Assembly (NCBI RefSeq): GCF_001457595.1
Contig: NZ_LN831039.1
Span: 6,240,001 to 6,272,000 of the forward strand
Direction of reading: 5' to 3'
DNA length: 32,000 nucleotides
Source of the DNA: Mycolicibacterium smegmatis
GTDB lineage: Bacteria; Actinomycetota; Actinomycetes; Mycobacteriales; Mycobacteriaceae
Position numbers and translations under genes: made by a program. Within the stretch, counting starts at the first letter, position 1, and each line of letters opens with the position of its first letter. The notes beneath the pieces are model-generated. The model saw only the letters and a program-made list of their open reading frames with translations. It was not told where the DNA came from and searched no databases. Below, piece after piece: positions 1 to 7,603 of this stretch.

Positions 1-887
1 CCGCGCACCACCACACCGATGTTGGGATTGCACGTGGCGATCCAGGATCCGGCGGCCGCTGCCGCGGCACACGAACGCACATCGGCGCGGGCGACCACGA
101 CCACCAGGTCGGCTGCCTCGAGCGCGGCCTCGGCCGCGTCGGTGCTGCGCCGGGGGACGTCGCAGACCACCAAAGTCGCGCCGCGACAACCCGCGTCGAT
201 CACGGCGTGCAGTGCCGCCGCGGTGATGTCGACGCCCGCGCGTCCACCCGAGAGCACACTGATCTCGCCGCGGCGCGGCAGCGCGTCGCGCAACGCGCCG
301 TACCCGAGCCTGCCGCCCTGCAGCGCAAGATCCGCCCACCGCAGACCCGGCTGATCCTCACTGCCGAGCACGAGGTCGATGCCGCCGCTCCACGGGTCGG
401 CGTCGACGAGCAACGCTCCCGGCGCCGACAGGGCAAGCGCGGCGGCGAACACCGATGCCCCGGCGCCGCCTTTCGCCGCGACCACCGCAACCACCGGTCC
501 GCGGTGTCCACCGCCCTCGTCGACGACAGACAGCGCCGCCACAAGATCGGTGTCCTGGCGGGGCAGCGTCACGACGTGTTGCGCACCGACGGCGATCGCG
601 GCCTGCCAATCGGCCGGACCCGGTTCGTCGCATCCGATCACGAGCACCCGGTCGCGGCGCGGCAGTCCCCGGTCGGCGCACCGCCGCGCGGCCGACGCGT
701 CGAGCAGCACGGCCGCCGCGGACAGCCAGGCCTTACGACTCGACGGCATCGCCACCTCGACCAGGTCGACGCCGGCCGCGGCAGCGACCCGGGCCACCTC
801 CCCACGCAGCAGCGGATCGCCGAGGACCGCGAGAACGGCGGCGGTGTTCCTTTGCTTGTCTGTCCGGGTGTCCTTCGCAGCGGCCAT
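1..887 (-). CDS. ssd: Ssd / TadZ(CpaE)-like MinD-ParA superfamily protein, N-terminal ~295 codons (3' end lies beyond the left edge); Rv3660c-like
   Basis: Absent from the supplied ORF track because no stop lies inside the window. My reverse-strand reading from ATG (887-885) stays open to base 1: MAAAKDTRTDKQRNTAAVLAVLGDPLLRGEVARVAAAAGVDLVEV...GPVVAVVAAKGGAGASVFAAALAL...LLVDADPWSGGIDLVLGSEDQPGLRWADLALQGGRL...ATLVVCDVPRRSTDAAEAALEAADLVVVVARADVRSCAAA. Receiver-like N-domain plus atypical KGGAGAS P-loop as in TadZ/Ssd. GC-rich third codon positions. Confidence 0.8.
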   Translation of the reverse strand, partial: MAAAKDTRTDKQRNTAAVLAVLGDPLLRGEVARVAAAAGVDLVEVAMPSSRKAWLSAAAVLLDASAARRCADRGLPRRDRVLVIGCDEPGPADWQAAIAVGAQHVVTLPRQDTDLVAALSVVDEGGGHRGPVVAVVAAKGGAGASVFAAALALSAPGALLVDADPWSGGIDLVLGSEDQPGLRWADLALQGGRLGYGALRDALPRRGEISVLSGGRAGVDITAAALHAVIDAGCRGATLVVCDVPRRSTDAAEAALEAADLVVVVARADVRSCAAAAAAGSWIATCNPNIGVVVR

Positions 888-939
888 GCCACAAATGTGA
901 CGGCCACCGATATGTCGGCACCACAGCAGAACCACAATC

Positions 940-966
940 TGTGGATAAATCACAGGTTGTGGATAA
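940..966 (-). promoter_or_regulatory. Two direct copies of TTATCCACA (minus-strand reading; TGTGGATAA on + at 940-948 and 958-966), identical to the classical DnaA-box 9-mer, 53-79 bp upstream of the ssd ATG
   Basis: Exact AT-rich 9-mer repeated at 18-bp spacing in a ~67% GC window. The first copy also forms the palindrome CCACA-ATC-TGTGG (932-944). The binding protein is not determinable from sequence. Confidence 0.35.
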
Positions 967-1075
967 CTTTGACCGGAAATTCTCCGGCAACGACCACTCG
1001 CCACTGACACCGGCACTACGGGCCCGGCAATGACGGGCAATCTCGGCGCGGTTTGCGGAGACGGGAATTTTCCCT

Positions 1076-1122
1076 GGAAAAGAAGACGACCCCCGCCAGG
1101 GGGGGAGGAGGCGGAGGTCGTC
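1076..1122 (-). terminator. Intrinsic terminator of 6C sRNA
   Basis: 13-bp GC-rich stem (one bulge pair) at 1085-1122 followed on the minus strand by TTCTTTTCC (1084-1076). There is no T-tract on the + strand, so it is strand specific. Confidence 0.75.
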
Positions 1123-1175
1123 GCGTATCAGCCCCGGGGGGTCGGGCTGATACACCTCGGCATAAGCCGAGTAAT
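1076..1175 (-). ncRNA. 6C: 6C small RNA (B11 / ncRv13660c family), ~100 nt
   Basis: Minus-strand RNA folds into three hairpins: CTCGGC-TTAT-GCCGAG (1156-1171); ATCAGCCC-[GACCCCCCG]-GGGCTGAT (1127-1151); and a terminator hairpin GACGACCTCCGCC-[TCCTCCCCCCCT]-GGCGGGGGTCGTC (1085-1122) followed by TTCTTTTCC. Two loops with runs of 6 or more C are the family hallmark. The position between the Rv3660c-like and Rv3661-like genes, on the ssd strand, matches the known locus. The 5' end is inferred from the -10 box. Confidence 0.8.
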
Positions 1176-1179
1176 GCTC

Positions 1180-1210
1180 ACTATACACATGTAACTGCCG
1201 AAAGTCGCAA
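1180..1210 (-). promoter_or_regulatory. Promoter of 6C sRNA: -10 TATAGT (1185-1180), possible -35 TTGCGA (1210-1205)
   Basis: Near-consensus -10 hexamer 5-8 nt upstream of the first hairpin. The spacer to TTGCGA is 19 nt (long), so the -35 assignment is weak. Confidence 0.5.
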
Positions 1211-1319
1211 GAGATCTGACTGCGAGTTTCCTGCAAGCCGTCTGGCGCTCCGAATGGTGGGAATGTGTCGTGAGCTGCCATTTTGTACCTTCGGTCGGTT
1301 ATTGACGCCGAGGGCCATC

Positions 1320-1325
1320 TATGCT
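1320..1325 (+). promoter_or_regulatory. -10 candidate TATGCT, 7 nt upstream of GTG 1333 (possible leaderless start of the HAD gene)
   Basis: TANNNT hexamer followed by 7 nt and an in-frame GTG. It overlaps ATG 1321, so either ATG 1321 or GTG 1333 is the true start. Confidence 0.3.
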
Positions 1326-2202
1326 GGCGCTTGTGACCGCATCCGATCGGGCCGCTGAGGAATCGATCGCGGCGACATCCGACGCAACACCCCGCGGCGA
1401 CGATGGTCGCCCCGTGCGCACGGCCGCGTTCTTCGACCTCGACAAGACCGTGATCGCCAAGTCGAGCACGTTGGCATTCAGCAAACCGTTCTTCGACCAA
1501 GGACTGCTGAACCGTCGCACCGTGCTGAAGTCGTCCTACGCGCAGTTCCTCTTCCTGATGTCGGGCGCGGATCACGATCAGATGGACCGGATGCGTGACT
1601 ACATCACAAACATGTGCGCCGGCTGGGACGTCGAACAGGTGAAATCCATCGTCGGCGAGACCCTCCACGGGATCGTCGACCCGCTCGTGTTCGCCGAGGC
1701 CGCCGAGTTGATCGCCGATCACAAGTTGTGCGGCCGCGACGTCGTCGTGGTCTCGGCATCGGGCGAGGAGATCGTCGCCCCCATCGCCAGGGCGCTCGGC
1801 GCCACGCACGCGATGGCCACCCGCATGGTGGTGGAGGACGGCCGGTACACCGGTGAGATCGCGTTCTACTGCTACGGCGAGGGCAAGGCCCAGGCCATCA
1901 AAGCTCTTGCGGCGCGTGAGGGTTACGCGCTCGAGCACTGCTACGCGTACTCGGATTCGATCACCGATCTGCCGATGCTCGAGACGGTGGGGCACCCCAC
2001 CGCGGTCAACCCCGACCGCGCGTTGCGCAAGGAGGCCCTCGCCCGCGACTGGCCGGTGCTGACGTTCACCAAGCCCGTCTCGCTGCGTGACCGGTTCCCC
2101 GCGCCGTCGGGTGCGGCGGTCGCCACCACCGCGGCCGTCGGCATCAGCGCACTGGCCGCCGGCGCTCTGACGTACTCGCTGCTGCGCCGGTTCGCGCTCT
2201 GA
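1321..2202 (+). CDS. HAD-superfamily subfamily IB hydrolase (SerB-like phosphatase family) with C-terminal membrane anchor; Rv3661-like
   Basis: 293-aa ORF. HAD motifs FFDLDKT (DxDxT), VVVSASG and YSDSITDLPML. Hydrophobic C-terminal helix AAVATTAAVGISALAAGALTYSLL. The start could be GTG 1333. Confidence 0.85.
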   Translation: MLALVTASDRAAEESIAATSDATPRGDDGRPVRTAAFFDLDKTVIAKSSTLAFSKPFFDQGLLNRRTVLKSSYAQFLFLMSGADHDQMDRMRDYITNMCAGWDVEQVKSIVGETLHGIVDPLVFAEAAELIADHKLCGRDVVVVSASGEEIVAPIARALGATHAMATRMVVEDGRYTGEIAFYCYGEGKAQAIKALAAREGYALEHCYAYSDSITDLPMLETVGHPTAVNPDRALRKEALARDWPVLTFTKPVSLRDRFPAPSGAAVATTAAVGISALAAGALTYSLLRRFAL

Positions 2203-2304
2203 CGCAATCGCTTCGGCGCCGTTTCGTGAAGGTAGCTGGACACCGCTGCGTAACGATCGGACGACGCGCGGATTTTGGCCCTTGCTGTGACTCGGGACAC
2301 GTAG

Positions 2305-2620
2305 TACAAAGGAGGCACGGAAGCTTGGCGAGGCCAAGACCCAGCCGGAAGAGAAGGCTAGATCTCCCGACCCAAGCTCCTAGCACGGATACCGAGCACC
2401 CACGCGGAGCACATGCCGCGGAATAGGCAAAAGTGTTGCGGACCTGCGTAGTTTCGAAAAGCGGACGGCCACGACGGCCCTTTGGGTGGGGTTGCAGCCG
2501 TAGCGCATCGCAAAGACGCCGAGGTCACCCACGCAACCCACATCGCACGCTTGGTCACTCGGGGTCCGTGCTAGCGGGCGGCGAACCGGACATTGTCCGG
2601 GACGCCGCCCGATTTCTTTT
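2305..2620 (+). ncRNA. Ms1: Ms1 / MTS2823-type (6S-RNA-like, RNAP-core-binding) sRNA, ~300 nt; 5' end approximate (2295-2320)
   Basis: A ~440-bp gap (2203-2640) without a credible CDS lies downstream of the Rv3661-like gene, the known position of MTS2823/Ms1. It ends in a strong + strand intrinsic terminator. Long-range complementarity: CTAGCACGGATACCGAG (2380-2396) with CTCGGGGTCCGTGCTAG (2558-2574), and AGCTTGG (2322-2328) with CCAAGCT (2372-2378). Local hairpin CTTGGC-GAG-GCCAAG (2324-2338). Confidence 0.65.
2576..2620 (+). terminator. Intrinsic terminator (end of Ms1)
   Basis: GGGCGGCG (2576-2583) pairs with CGCCGCCC (2603-2610), with inner stem CCGGAC/GTCCGG, followed by GATTTCTTTT (2611-2620). 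No equivalent T-tract on the minus strand. Confidence 0.8.
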
Positions 2621-2640
2621 GCTGGACCCGGTCAAGTTCG

Positions 2641-3423
2641 TCACTGCGCCTGGGCTTCCCGGTACCCCATCGCCGACGAGATGCGCGCCGCGCTGCGCCG
2701 CACCACGGGCACCAGGCCGCGCATCCGCGCGGCGGGCATGTAGGGCCGCGTCGCCGACACACTGATCGCCCCGACGATGGCCTTCGAGGCGTCGCGCACC
2801 GGGGCCGCCACGCACCGGATACCGGGCTCGTTGTCCTCCAGGTCCATCGCAGAACCGCTCTTGGCGTAGGTCTGCATGCGCGTGCAGAACTCGGCGCACC
2901 GCTCGGCGAGCTCGCCGCGTCGCACCACCGTCGGGACCGTCACGCGGTCCTCGTCGGCGATGTACAGCTCTTCCCAGCGCTCCGGGGAATCCAGCAGCAG
3001 CGCCATCCCCACGCCCGTGCGCGTCAACGGCATGCGGTGCCCCACCCGTGAGCGCATCTCGGCGCCGCGCGTACCGGGCAGCTTCTCCAGGTACAGCACC
3101 GAGTCGCCGTCGACCACGCCCAGGTGCACGGTGTCGTGCACCTGCTCGGACAGCTCCTCCAAAAACGGGCGGGCCACCACGGGCAACGGATTGCCGTGCA
3201 ACGCTTTGAATCCCAGCTCGATCAACGCAGGCCCCAGCGTGTAGCCACCGTCGACGTGACGCAGGAACTCCTCGTGCACCAGCAGCTGGACCAGGCGGTG
3301 GGTGGTGCTGCGTCCCAGGCCGGTGTGCTCGACGAGGCCACGCAGATCCCGTGCACCGTCGGCGACGGCCCTGATCACCGCCAGTCCACGCGCCAGCGTC
3401 TGGGTACCGGGTGGAACGCTCAT
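2641..3423 (-). CDS. IclR-family transcriptional regulator, divergent from the dgo operon
   Basis: N-terminal wHTH (LARGLAVIRAVADG...LRGLVEHTGLGRSTTHRLVQLL) plus an IclR effector domain. ATG 3423 was chosen because the 19 extra codons of the track ORF (3424-3480) have AT-rich third positions, including ATA. Confidence 0.85.
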   Translation of the reverse strand: MSVPPGTQTLARGLAVIRAVADGARDLRGLVEHTGLGRSTTHRLVQLLVHEEFLRHVDGGYTLGPALIELGFKALHGNPLPVVARPFLEELSEQVHDTVHLGVVDGDSVLYLEKLPGTRGAEMRSRVGHRMPLTRTGVGMALLLDSPERWEELYIADEDRVTVPTVVRRGELAERCAEFCTRMQTYAKSGSAMDLEDNEPGIRCVAAPVRDASKAIVGAISVSATRPYMPAARMRGLVPVVRRSAARISSAMGYREAQAQ

Positions 3424-3477
3424 GCCGCGAGCATCCCATATATAGGGATTGTGTTGGAAATTTTGGGACTGGGTTCC

Positions 3478-3483
3478 CATAGT
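3478..3483 (+). promoter_or_regulatory. -10-like CATAGT, 7 nt upstream of GTG 3491 (possible leaderless dgoK start)
   Basis: The A at position 2 and T at position 6 of the hexamer are conserved; the first base deviates. Alternative dgoK starts are GTG 3482 and GTG 3518. Confidence 0.25.
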
Positions 3484-3490
3484 GGCCCTT

Positions 3491-4498
3491 GTGACCCATC
3501 ACACCCCGGCGCCCGGCGTGGCGCGGCTCATCGCCCTGGACTGGGGCACGACCGCGTTGCGGGCCTGGCTCCTCGGCGACAACGGCCGGGTGCTCGACGC
3601 GCGTGCCCATGACGGCGGACTGCTCAGCGTCACCGCAGGCACGCCGACCGACATCAGGGCAGACACCCGCGCCGACGACTACGAGAAGGTGTTCGCCGCG
3701 GTGTGCGGCGACTGGCTCGGCGCGCAGCCGGGCCTGCCGGCGATCGCGTGCGGCATGGTGGGCAGCGCGCAGGGCTGGCAGGAGGCCGGCTACGTGACCG
3801 TGCCCGCCGACCTGCGCTTCGACGCCGCGACGCTCACCCGCGTACCCCACAAAGACGGCGTGCTGCACCTCGTTCCCGGACTGCGGGTCGCCCCCACCGG
3901 CCAGAGGACCGGTGACGTGATGCGCGGCGAGGAGACACAACTGGTCGGCGTGCTCGACCTGCTCGACGAATCCGGGGACCTGCTCGTGGTGCTGCCCGGG
4001 ACCCACACGAAGTGGGTCAGAATCGCTGCCGGACAGGTGGAATCGTTCACCACCGCGATGACCGGCGAGCTCTACGGCCTGCTCATGGAGCACGGCATCC
4101 TCGCCCGCACGGCGCACGCGCCGGTCCGTGACGACGCAGCGTTCACGCGCGGGCTCGACGCCGACATCTCCCGCGGCATCTCGACGGCCCTGTTCGGTGC
4201 CCGGGCCCTCGTGCTCGACGGCGCACTGGAACCGAGCGCGCTGCCGGACTACGTGTCGGGCCTGCTGATCGCCGACGAGATCCGCCACCTGCTGCCCGCC
4301 GACCGAAAGCGAATCGTGCTGTGCGGCAAGCCCGATCTGTGCCGCCGCTACGCAGCCGCGCTCGAGCGCCACGACGCGCACCCGGCGGCGACGCTCACCG
4401 AGGAGGCCGCGGCGCGCGGCCTGTGGCACATCGCGGTCACCAGCGGCCTCGTCACCGGCGATGACGCCGCGCGACACCGAATCGAGGAGGTTTCATGA
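3491..4498 (+). CDS. dgoK: 2-dehydro-3-deoxygalactonokinase
   Basis: N-terminal ARLIALDWGTTALRAWLL resembles the conserved IAxDWG(S/T)TxLR motif of DgoK. It is the first gene of a dgoK-A-D-T array with overlapping junctions. The start is uncertain (3482/3491/3518). Confidence 0.8.
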   Translation: MTHHTPAPGVARLIALDWGTTALRAWLLGDNGRVLDARAHDGGLLSVTAGTPTDIRADTRADDYEKVFAAVCGDWLGAQPGLPAIACGMVGSAQGWQEAGYVTVPADLRFDAATLTRVPHKDGVLHLVPGLRVAPTGQRTGDVMRGEETQLVGVLDLLDESGDLLVVLPGTHTKWVRIAAGQVESFTTAMTGELYGLLMEHGILARTAHAPVRDDAAFTRGLDADISRGISTALFGARALVLDGALEPSALPDYVSGLLIADEIRHLLPADRKRIVLCGKPDLCRRYAAALERHDAHPAATLTEEAAARGLWHIAVTSGLVTGDDAARHRIEEVS

Positions 4499-5121
4499 AC
4501 CAGCCCACCGGATTGGTGGCGATCCTGCGCGGGGTGCGCCCCGACGAGATCCTGGCGATCGGCGGCGCGCTGATCGACGCCGGGTTCACCGCGATCGAGA
4601 TACCGCTGAACTCCCCCGACCCCTTCGACTCGATCGAACGCCTCGCGGCCGCGGCACCGGAAGGTTGCGTGATCGGTGCCGGAACCGTGCTGACGGTCGA
4701 CGACGTCGTCCGCGCCGAATCGGCCGGCGCCCGGATCATGGTGTCGCCCAACGCCAACCCTGAGGTGATCGCCGTCGCCACACGACGCGGCATGCGCGCC
4801 TACCCCGGCGTCGCGACCCCCACCGAGGCGTTCAGCGCGGTCGACGCGGGCGCACGCAACCTCAAGCTGTTCCCGTCCGATGCGGTCGGCATCTCCGGCA
4901 TGAAGGCCTGGCGCGCAGTGCTTCCCGCCGACATCGAGATGCTGCCGGTCGGCGGTGTGGACGAGAACAACCTGGCCGACTGGATCGCCGCGGGCGCCGA
5001 CGGCGCGGGCCTCGGCACCAATCTGTACCGCCCCGGTGACGACGCCGACGCGGTCGCACGGCGCGCCCGCACCCTGCAGGACATCTGGTCTGACGCATAC
5101 GCCGAGAGGAACCCACGATGA
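4495..5121 (+). CDS. dgoA: 2-dehydro-3-deoxy-6-phosphogalactonate (KDPGal) aldolase
   Basis: 208 aa. [12 protein letters not shown]...AIEIPLNSP...GAGTVL...VSPN...GVATPTEAF...LKLFP...PVGGV, colinear with enterobacterial DgoA as I recall it. ATGA overlap with the dgoK stop. Confidence 0.9.
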   Translation: MNQPTGLVAILRGVRPDEILAIGGALIDAGFTAIEIPLNSPDPFDSIERLAAAAPEGCVIGAGTVLTVDDVVRAESAGARIMVSPNANPEVIAVATRRGMRAYPGVATPTEAFSAVDAGARNLKLFPSDAVGISGMKAWRAVLPADIEMLPVGGVDENNLADWIAAGADGAGLGTNLYRPGDDADAVARRARTLQDIWSDAYAERNPR

Positions 5122-6266
5122 AGATCAAATCGGTGCAGACGTACACCGTTCCCCCGCGGTGGCTCTTCCTGCGCATCGAGACCGACGAGGGCCTCGTCGG
5201 CTGGGGCGAACCCGTCCTCGAAGGCCGCGCGGCCACCGTGGCCGCCGCGGTCGAGGAACTGTCGGACTACCTGATCGGCCAGGATCCCGGCCAGATCGAG
5301 GATCTGTGGACCGTGATGTACCGCGGCGGGTTCTATCGCGGCGGCGGCATCCACATGAGCGCGCTGGCCGGCATCGACCAGGCGTTGTGGGACCTCAAGG
5401 GCAAGACCCTCGGCGTGCCGACACACGAACTGCTGGGCGGGCGCGTCCGCGACCGGATCAAGGTGTACTCGTGGATCGGCGGCGACCGGCCGAGCGAAAC
5501 CGCCAAGGCCGCACGCGAAGTCGTCGACCGGGGATTCACCGCGGTGAAGATGAACGGCACCGAGGAGTTGCAGTACGTCGACACGTGGGACAAGGTGGAC
5601 CGCGCGGTGGCCAGTGTGGCCGCCGTACGCGACGCGGTGGGCCCCAACATCGGCATCGGCGTGGATTTCCATGGGCGCGTACACAAGCCGATGGCCAAGG
5701 TGCTGCTGCGCGAACTCGAGCCCTACCGGTTGATGTTCGTCGAGGAACCCGTGCTCAGTGAGCACGTGGACGGTTTCGTCGACGTGCTGCGGCAGTCCCC
5801 CATCCCGATCGCCCTGGGCGAGCGGCTGTTCTCGCGGTGGGACGCCAAGACGATCCTGGCCTCGGGCTCGGTCGACATCATCCAGCCGGATCCGTCGCAC
5901 TGCGGCGGGATCACCGAGGCCCGCAAGATCGCCCACATGGCCGAGGCGTACGACGTCGCGCTCGCGCTGCACTGCCCCCTGGGGCCGATCGCGCTCGCGG
6001 CGTGCCTGCAGATCGACGCGGGCTGCTACAACGCGACGATCCAGGAGCAGAGCCTGGGCATCCACTACAACACGACCAACGACCTACTCGACTACCTCGC
6101 CGATCCGGGCGTTTTCACCTACGCCGACGGGCAGGTCCAGATCCCGACGGGACCGGGGCTCGGCATCGAGATCAACGAGGAGTACGTGGCCGAACGGGCG
6201 GCCGAGGGACATCGGTGGCGCAACCCGGTCTGGCGCCACGCCGACGGATCGTTCGCGGAGTGGTGA
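5118..6266 (+). CDS. dgoD: D-galactonate dehydratase (enolase superfamily)
   Basis: 382 aa. [38 protein letters not shown]... through the C-terminal [16 protein letters not shown], closely colinear with DgoD. ATGA overlap with the dgoA stop. Confidence 0.95.
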   Translation: MKIKSVQTYTVPPRWLFLRIETDEGLVGWGEPVLEGRAATVAAAVEELSDYLIGQDPGQIEDLWTVMYRGGFYRGGGIHMSALAGIDQALWDLKGKTLGVPTHELLGGRVRDRIKVYSWIGGDRPSETAKAAREVVDRGFTAVKMNGTEELQYVDTWDKVDRAVASVAAVRDAVGPNIGIGVDFHGRVHKPMAKVLLRELEPYRLMFVEEPVLSEHVDGFVDVLRQSPIPIALGERLFSRWDAKTILASGSVDIIQPDPSHCGGITEARKIAHMAEAYDVALALHCPLGPIALAACLQIDAGCYNATIQEQSLGIHYNTTNDLLDYLADPGVFTYADGQVQIPTGPGLGIEINEEYVAERAAEGHRWRNPVWRHADGSFAEW

Positions 6267-6271
6267 GGCAT

Positions 6272-7603
6272 ATGACCCAGACCGGAAACACCAGCGCGTC
6301 ACCGCAATTGGCCAAGCAGGCCTCCCACGCACGCATCCTCATCGCGGTGATGCTGTTCATCACCGTGGTGATCAACTACATGGACCGGGCCAACCTGTCG
6401 ATCGCGATGCCCGCGATCGCCGACGAGATGGACCTGACCAAGGCGCAGCAGGGCCTGCTGCTCAGCGCGTTCGGCTGGACCTATGCGGCACTGCAGATCC
6501 CGGGCGGATGGCTCGTCGACCGGGTGCGCCCGCGCGTGCTGTACCCGGTGTGCCTGGCGCTGTGGTCGCTGGCGACGTTGTTCATGGGCGTCATCGGCGG
6601 GTTCGTCGCGCTGATCGCGCTGCGCCTGCTGGTCGGTGTGTTCGAGGCGCCGGCGTATCCCATCAACAACCGCGTCGCGACGACGTGGTTCCCCGAGCGT
6701 GAACGCGCCTCGGTCATCGGCTTCTACACCTCCGGGCAGTTCATCGGCCTGGCGCTGCTCACACCCGTGCTGTCCTGGCTGCAGGCCACCATGAGCTGGC
6801 ACTGGGTGTTCATCGTGACCGGCGCGATCGGCATCGGCTGGGCGGCGCTGTGGTACCTGAAGTACCGCGAACCGCGCGAATCCAACGCCAACGAAGCCGA
6901 ACTCGAGCTCATCGAAAGCGGCGGCGCCCTGGTGGACGTCGTGGAAGATCAGCCGCAGCGGGTCGCGGTGACGCGCGCCGACGTCGCGACGGTGCTCGGG
7001 CGGCGCAAGCTGTGGGGCATCTACCTGGGCCAGTTCTGCCTGACCTCGACGCTGTGGTTCTTCCTCACCTGGTTCCCGACGTACCTCGTCGAGTACCGCG
7101 GCATGGACTACATCAAGACCGGGTTCCTGGCGTCGCTGCCGTTCATCGCCGCACTGGTCGGTGTGCTGTTCTCCGGCGTCCTGTCGGATTTCCTGCTGCG
7201 GCGCGGTGTTTCGCTCGGCGCGGCCCGCAAGGGCCCGATCATCGCCGGGCTCCTGCTGACCACGGCCATGCTGGGCGCCAACTACACCGACTCCACGGCC
7301 ATGGTGGTGCTGTTCCTGTCGATCGCGTTCTTCGGCAACGGTCTGGCGTCGATCACGTGGTCGCTGGTCTCGGCGCTGGCACCCAAGAGGTTGCTGGGCC
7401 TGACCGGCGGCATGTTCAACTTCATCGGCAACCTGTCGTCGATCGCCACACCGATCATCATCGGCCTGCTGGTCACCGACGAGAGCTTCGCGCCCGGCTT
7501 CGTTTACATGACCGTCGTGACCCTGATCGGCATCGCGTCGTACGTGCTGCTGGTCGGCCGCGTCGAGCGGGTGCGGGAAAAGGCGGTCACCCAACCCGCT
7601 TGA
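6272..7603 (+). CDS. dgoT: MFS transporter, D-galactonate/anion:cation symporter type
   Basis: ATG 6272 lies 5 nt after the dgoD stop. 443 aa, about 12 TM segments. MFS motifs (YMDRANLSIAMP, GWLVDR). The upstream part of track ORF 5837-7603 overlaps dgoD out of frame and is rejected. Confidence 0.85.
   Translation: MTQTGNTSASPQLAKQASHARILIAVMLFITVVINYMDRANLSIAMPAIADEMDLTKAQQGLLLSAFGWTYAALQIPGGWLVDRVRPRVLYPVCLALWSLATLFMGVIGGFVALIALRLLVGVFEAPAYPINNRVATTWFPERERASVIGFYTSGQFIGLALLTPVLSWLQATMSWHWVFIVTGAIGIGWAALWYLKYREPRESNANEAELELIESGGALVDVVEDQPQRVAVTRADVATVLGRRKLWGIYLGQFCLTSTLWFFLTWFPTYLVEYRGMDYIKTGFLASLPFIAALVGVLFSGVLSDFLLRRGVSLGAARKGPIIAGLLLTTAMLGANYTDSTAMVVLFLSIAFFGNGLASITWSLVSALAPKRLLGLTGGMFNFIGNLSSIATPIIIGLLVTDESFAPGFVYMTVVTLIGIASYVLLVGRVERVREKAVTQPA

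Noticed and set aside
940-955. Reading TGTGG-ATAAAT-CACAG as a CRP site
   Set aside because: The half-site spacing is one base short of TGTGA-N6-TCACA (GTG to CAC is 10 instead of 11 nt). The exact 9-mer direct repeat is the stronger pattern.
1053-1358. 101-aa + strand ORF (MRRREFSLEKK...GGGGGG...)
   Set aside because: It covers the 6C sRNA antisense and its promoter. The Gly run is simply the complement of the C-rich 6C loops. Codon usage is poor.
733-2337. 534-aa minus-strand ORF spanning the ssd start, the 6C locus, the HAD gene and part of Ms1
   Set aside because: It crosses two structured non-coding regions and a promoter region, and is antisense to a motif-complete HAD hydrolase. The translated sequence is low complexity. 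It is incompatible with the 6C promoter and terminator found on the same strand.
2226-2765. ORFs 2226-2426 (+), 2358-2558 (-) and 2433-2765 (+) inside the Ms1 region
   Set aside because: They are short, run through the intrinsic terminator or into the IclR gene antisense, and lie in a region better explained by a structured sRNA at the known Ms1/MTS2823 position.
3424-3480. N-terminal extension of the IclR ORF (MGTQSQNFQHNPYIWDARG)
   Set aside because: AT-rich third codon positions, including the rare ATA. It would consume the whole divergent promoter/operator region. ATG 3423 gives a normal IclR N-terminus.
2555-7594. Long minus-strand ORFs 2555-4477, 4800-6065 and 6299-7594 opposite the dgo operon
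   Set aside because: They are antisense to dgoK, dgoA/dgoD and dgoT, which have strong family signatures and coupled start/stop junctions. ORF 2555-4477 also runs through the AT-rich divergent promoter region.
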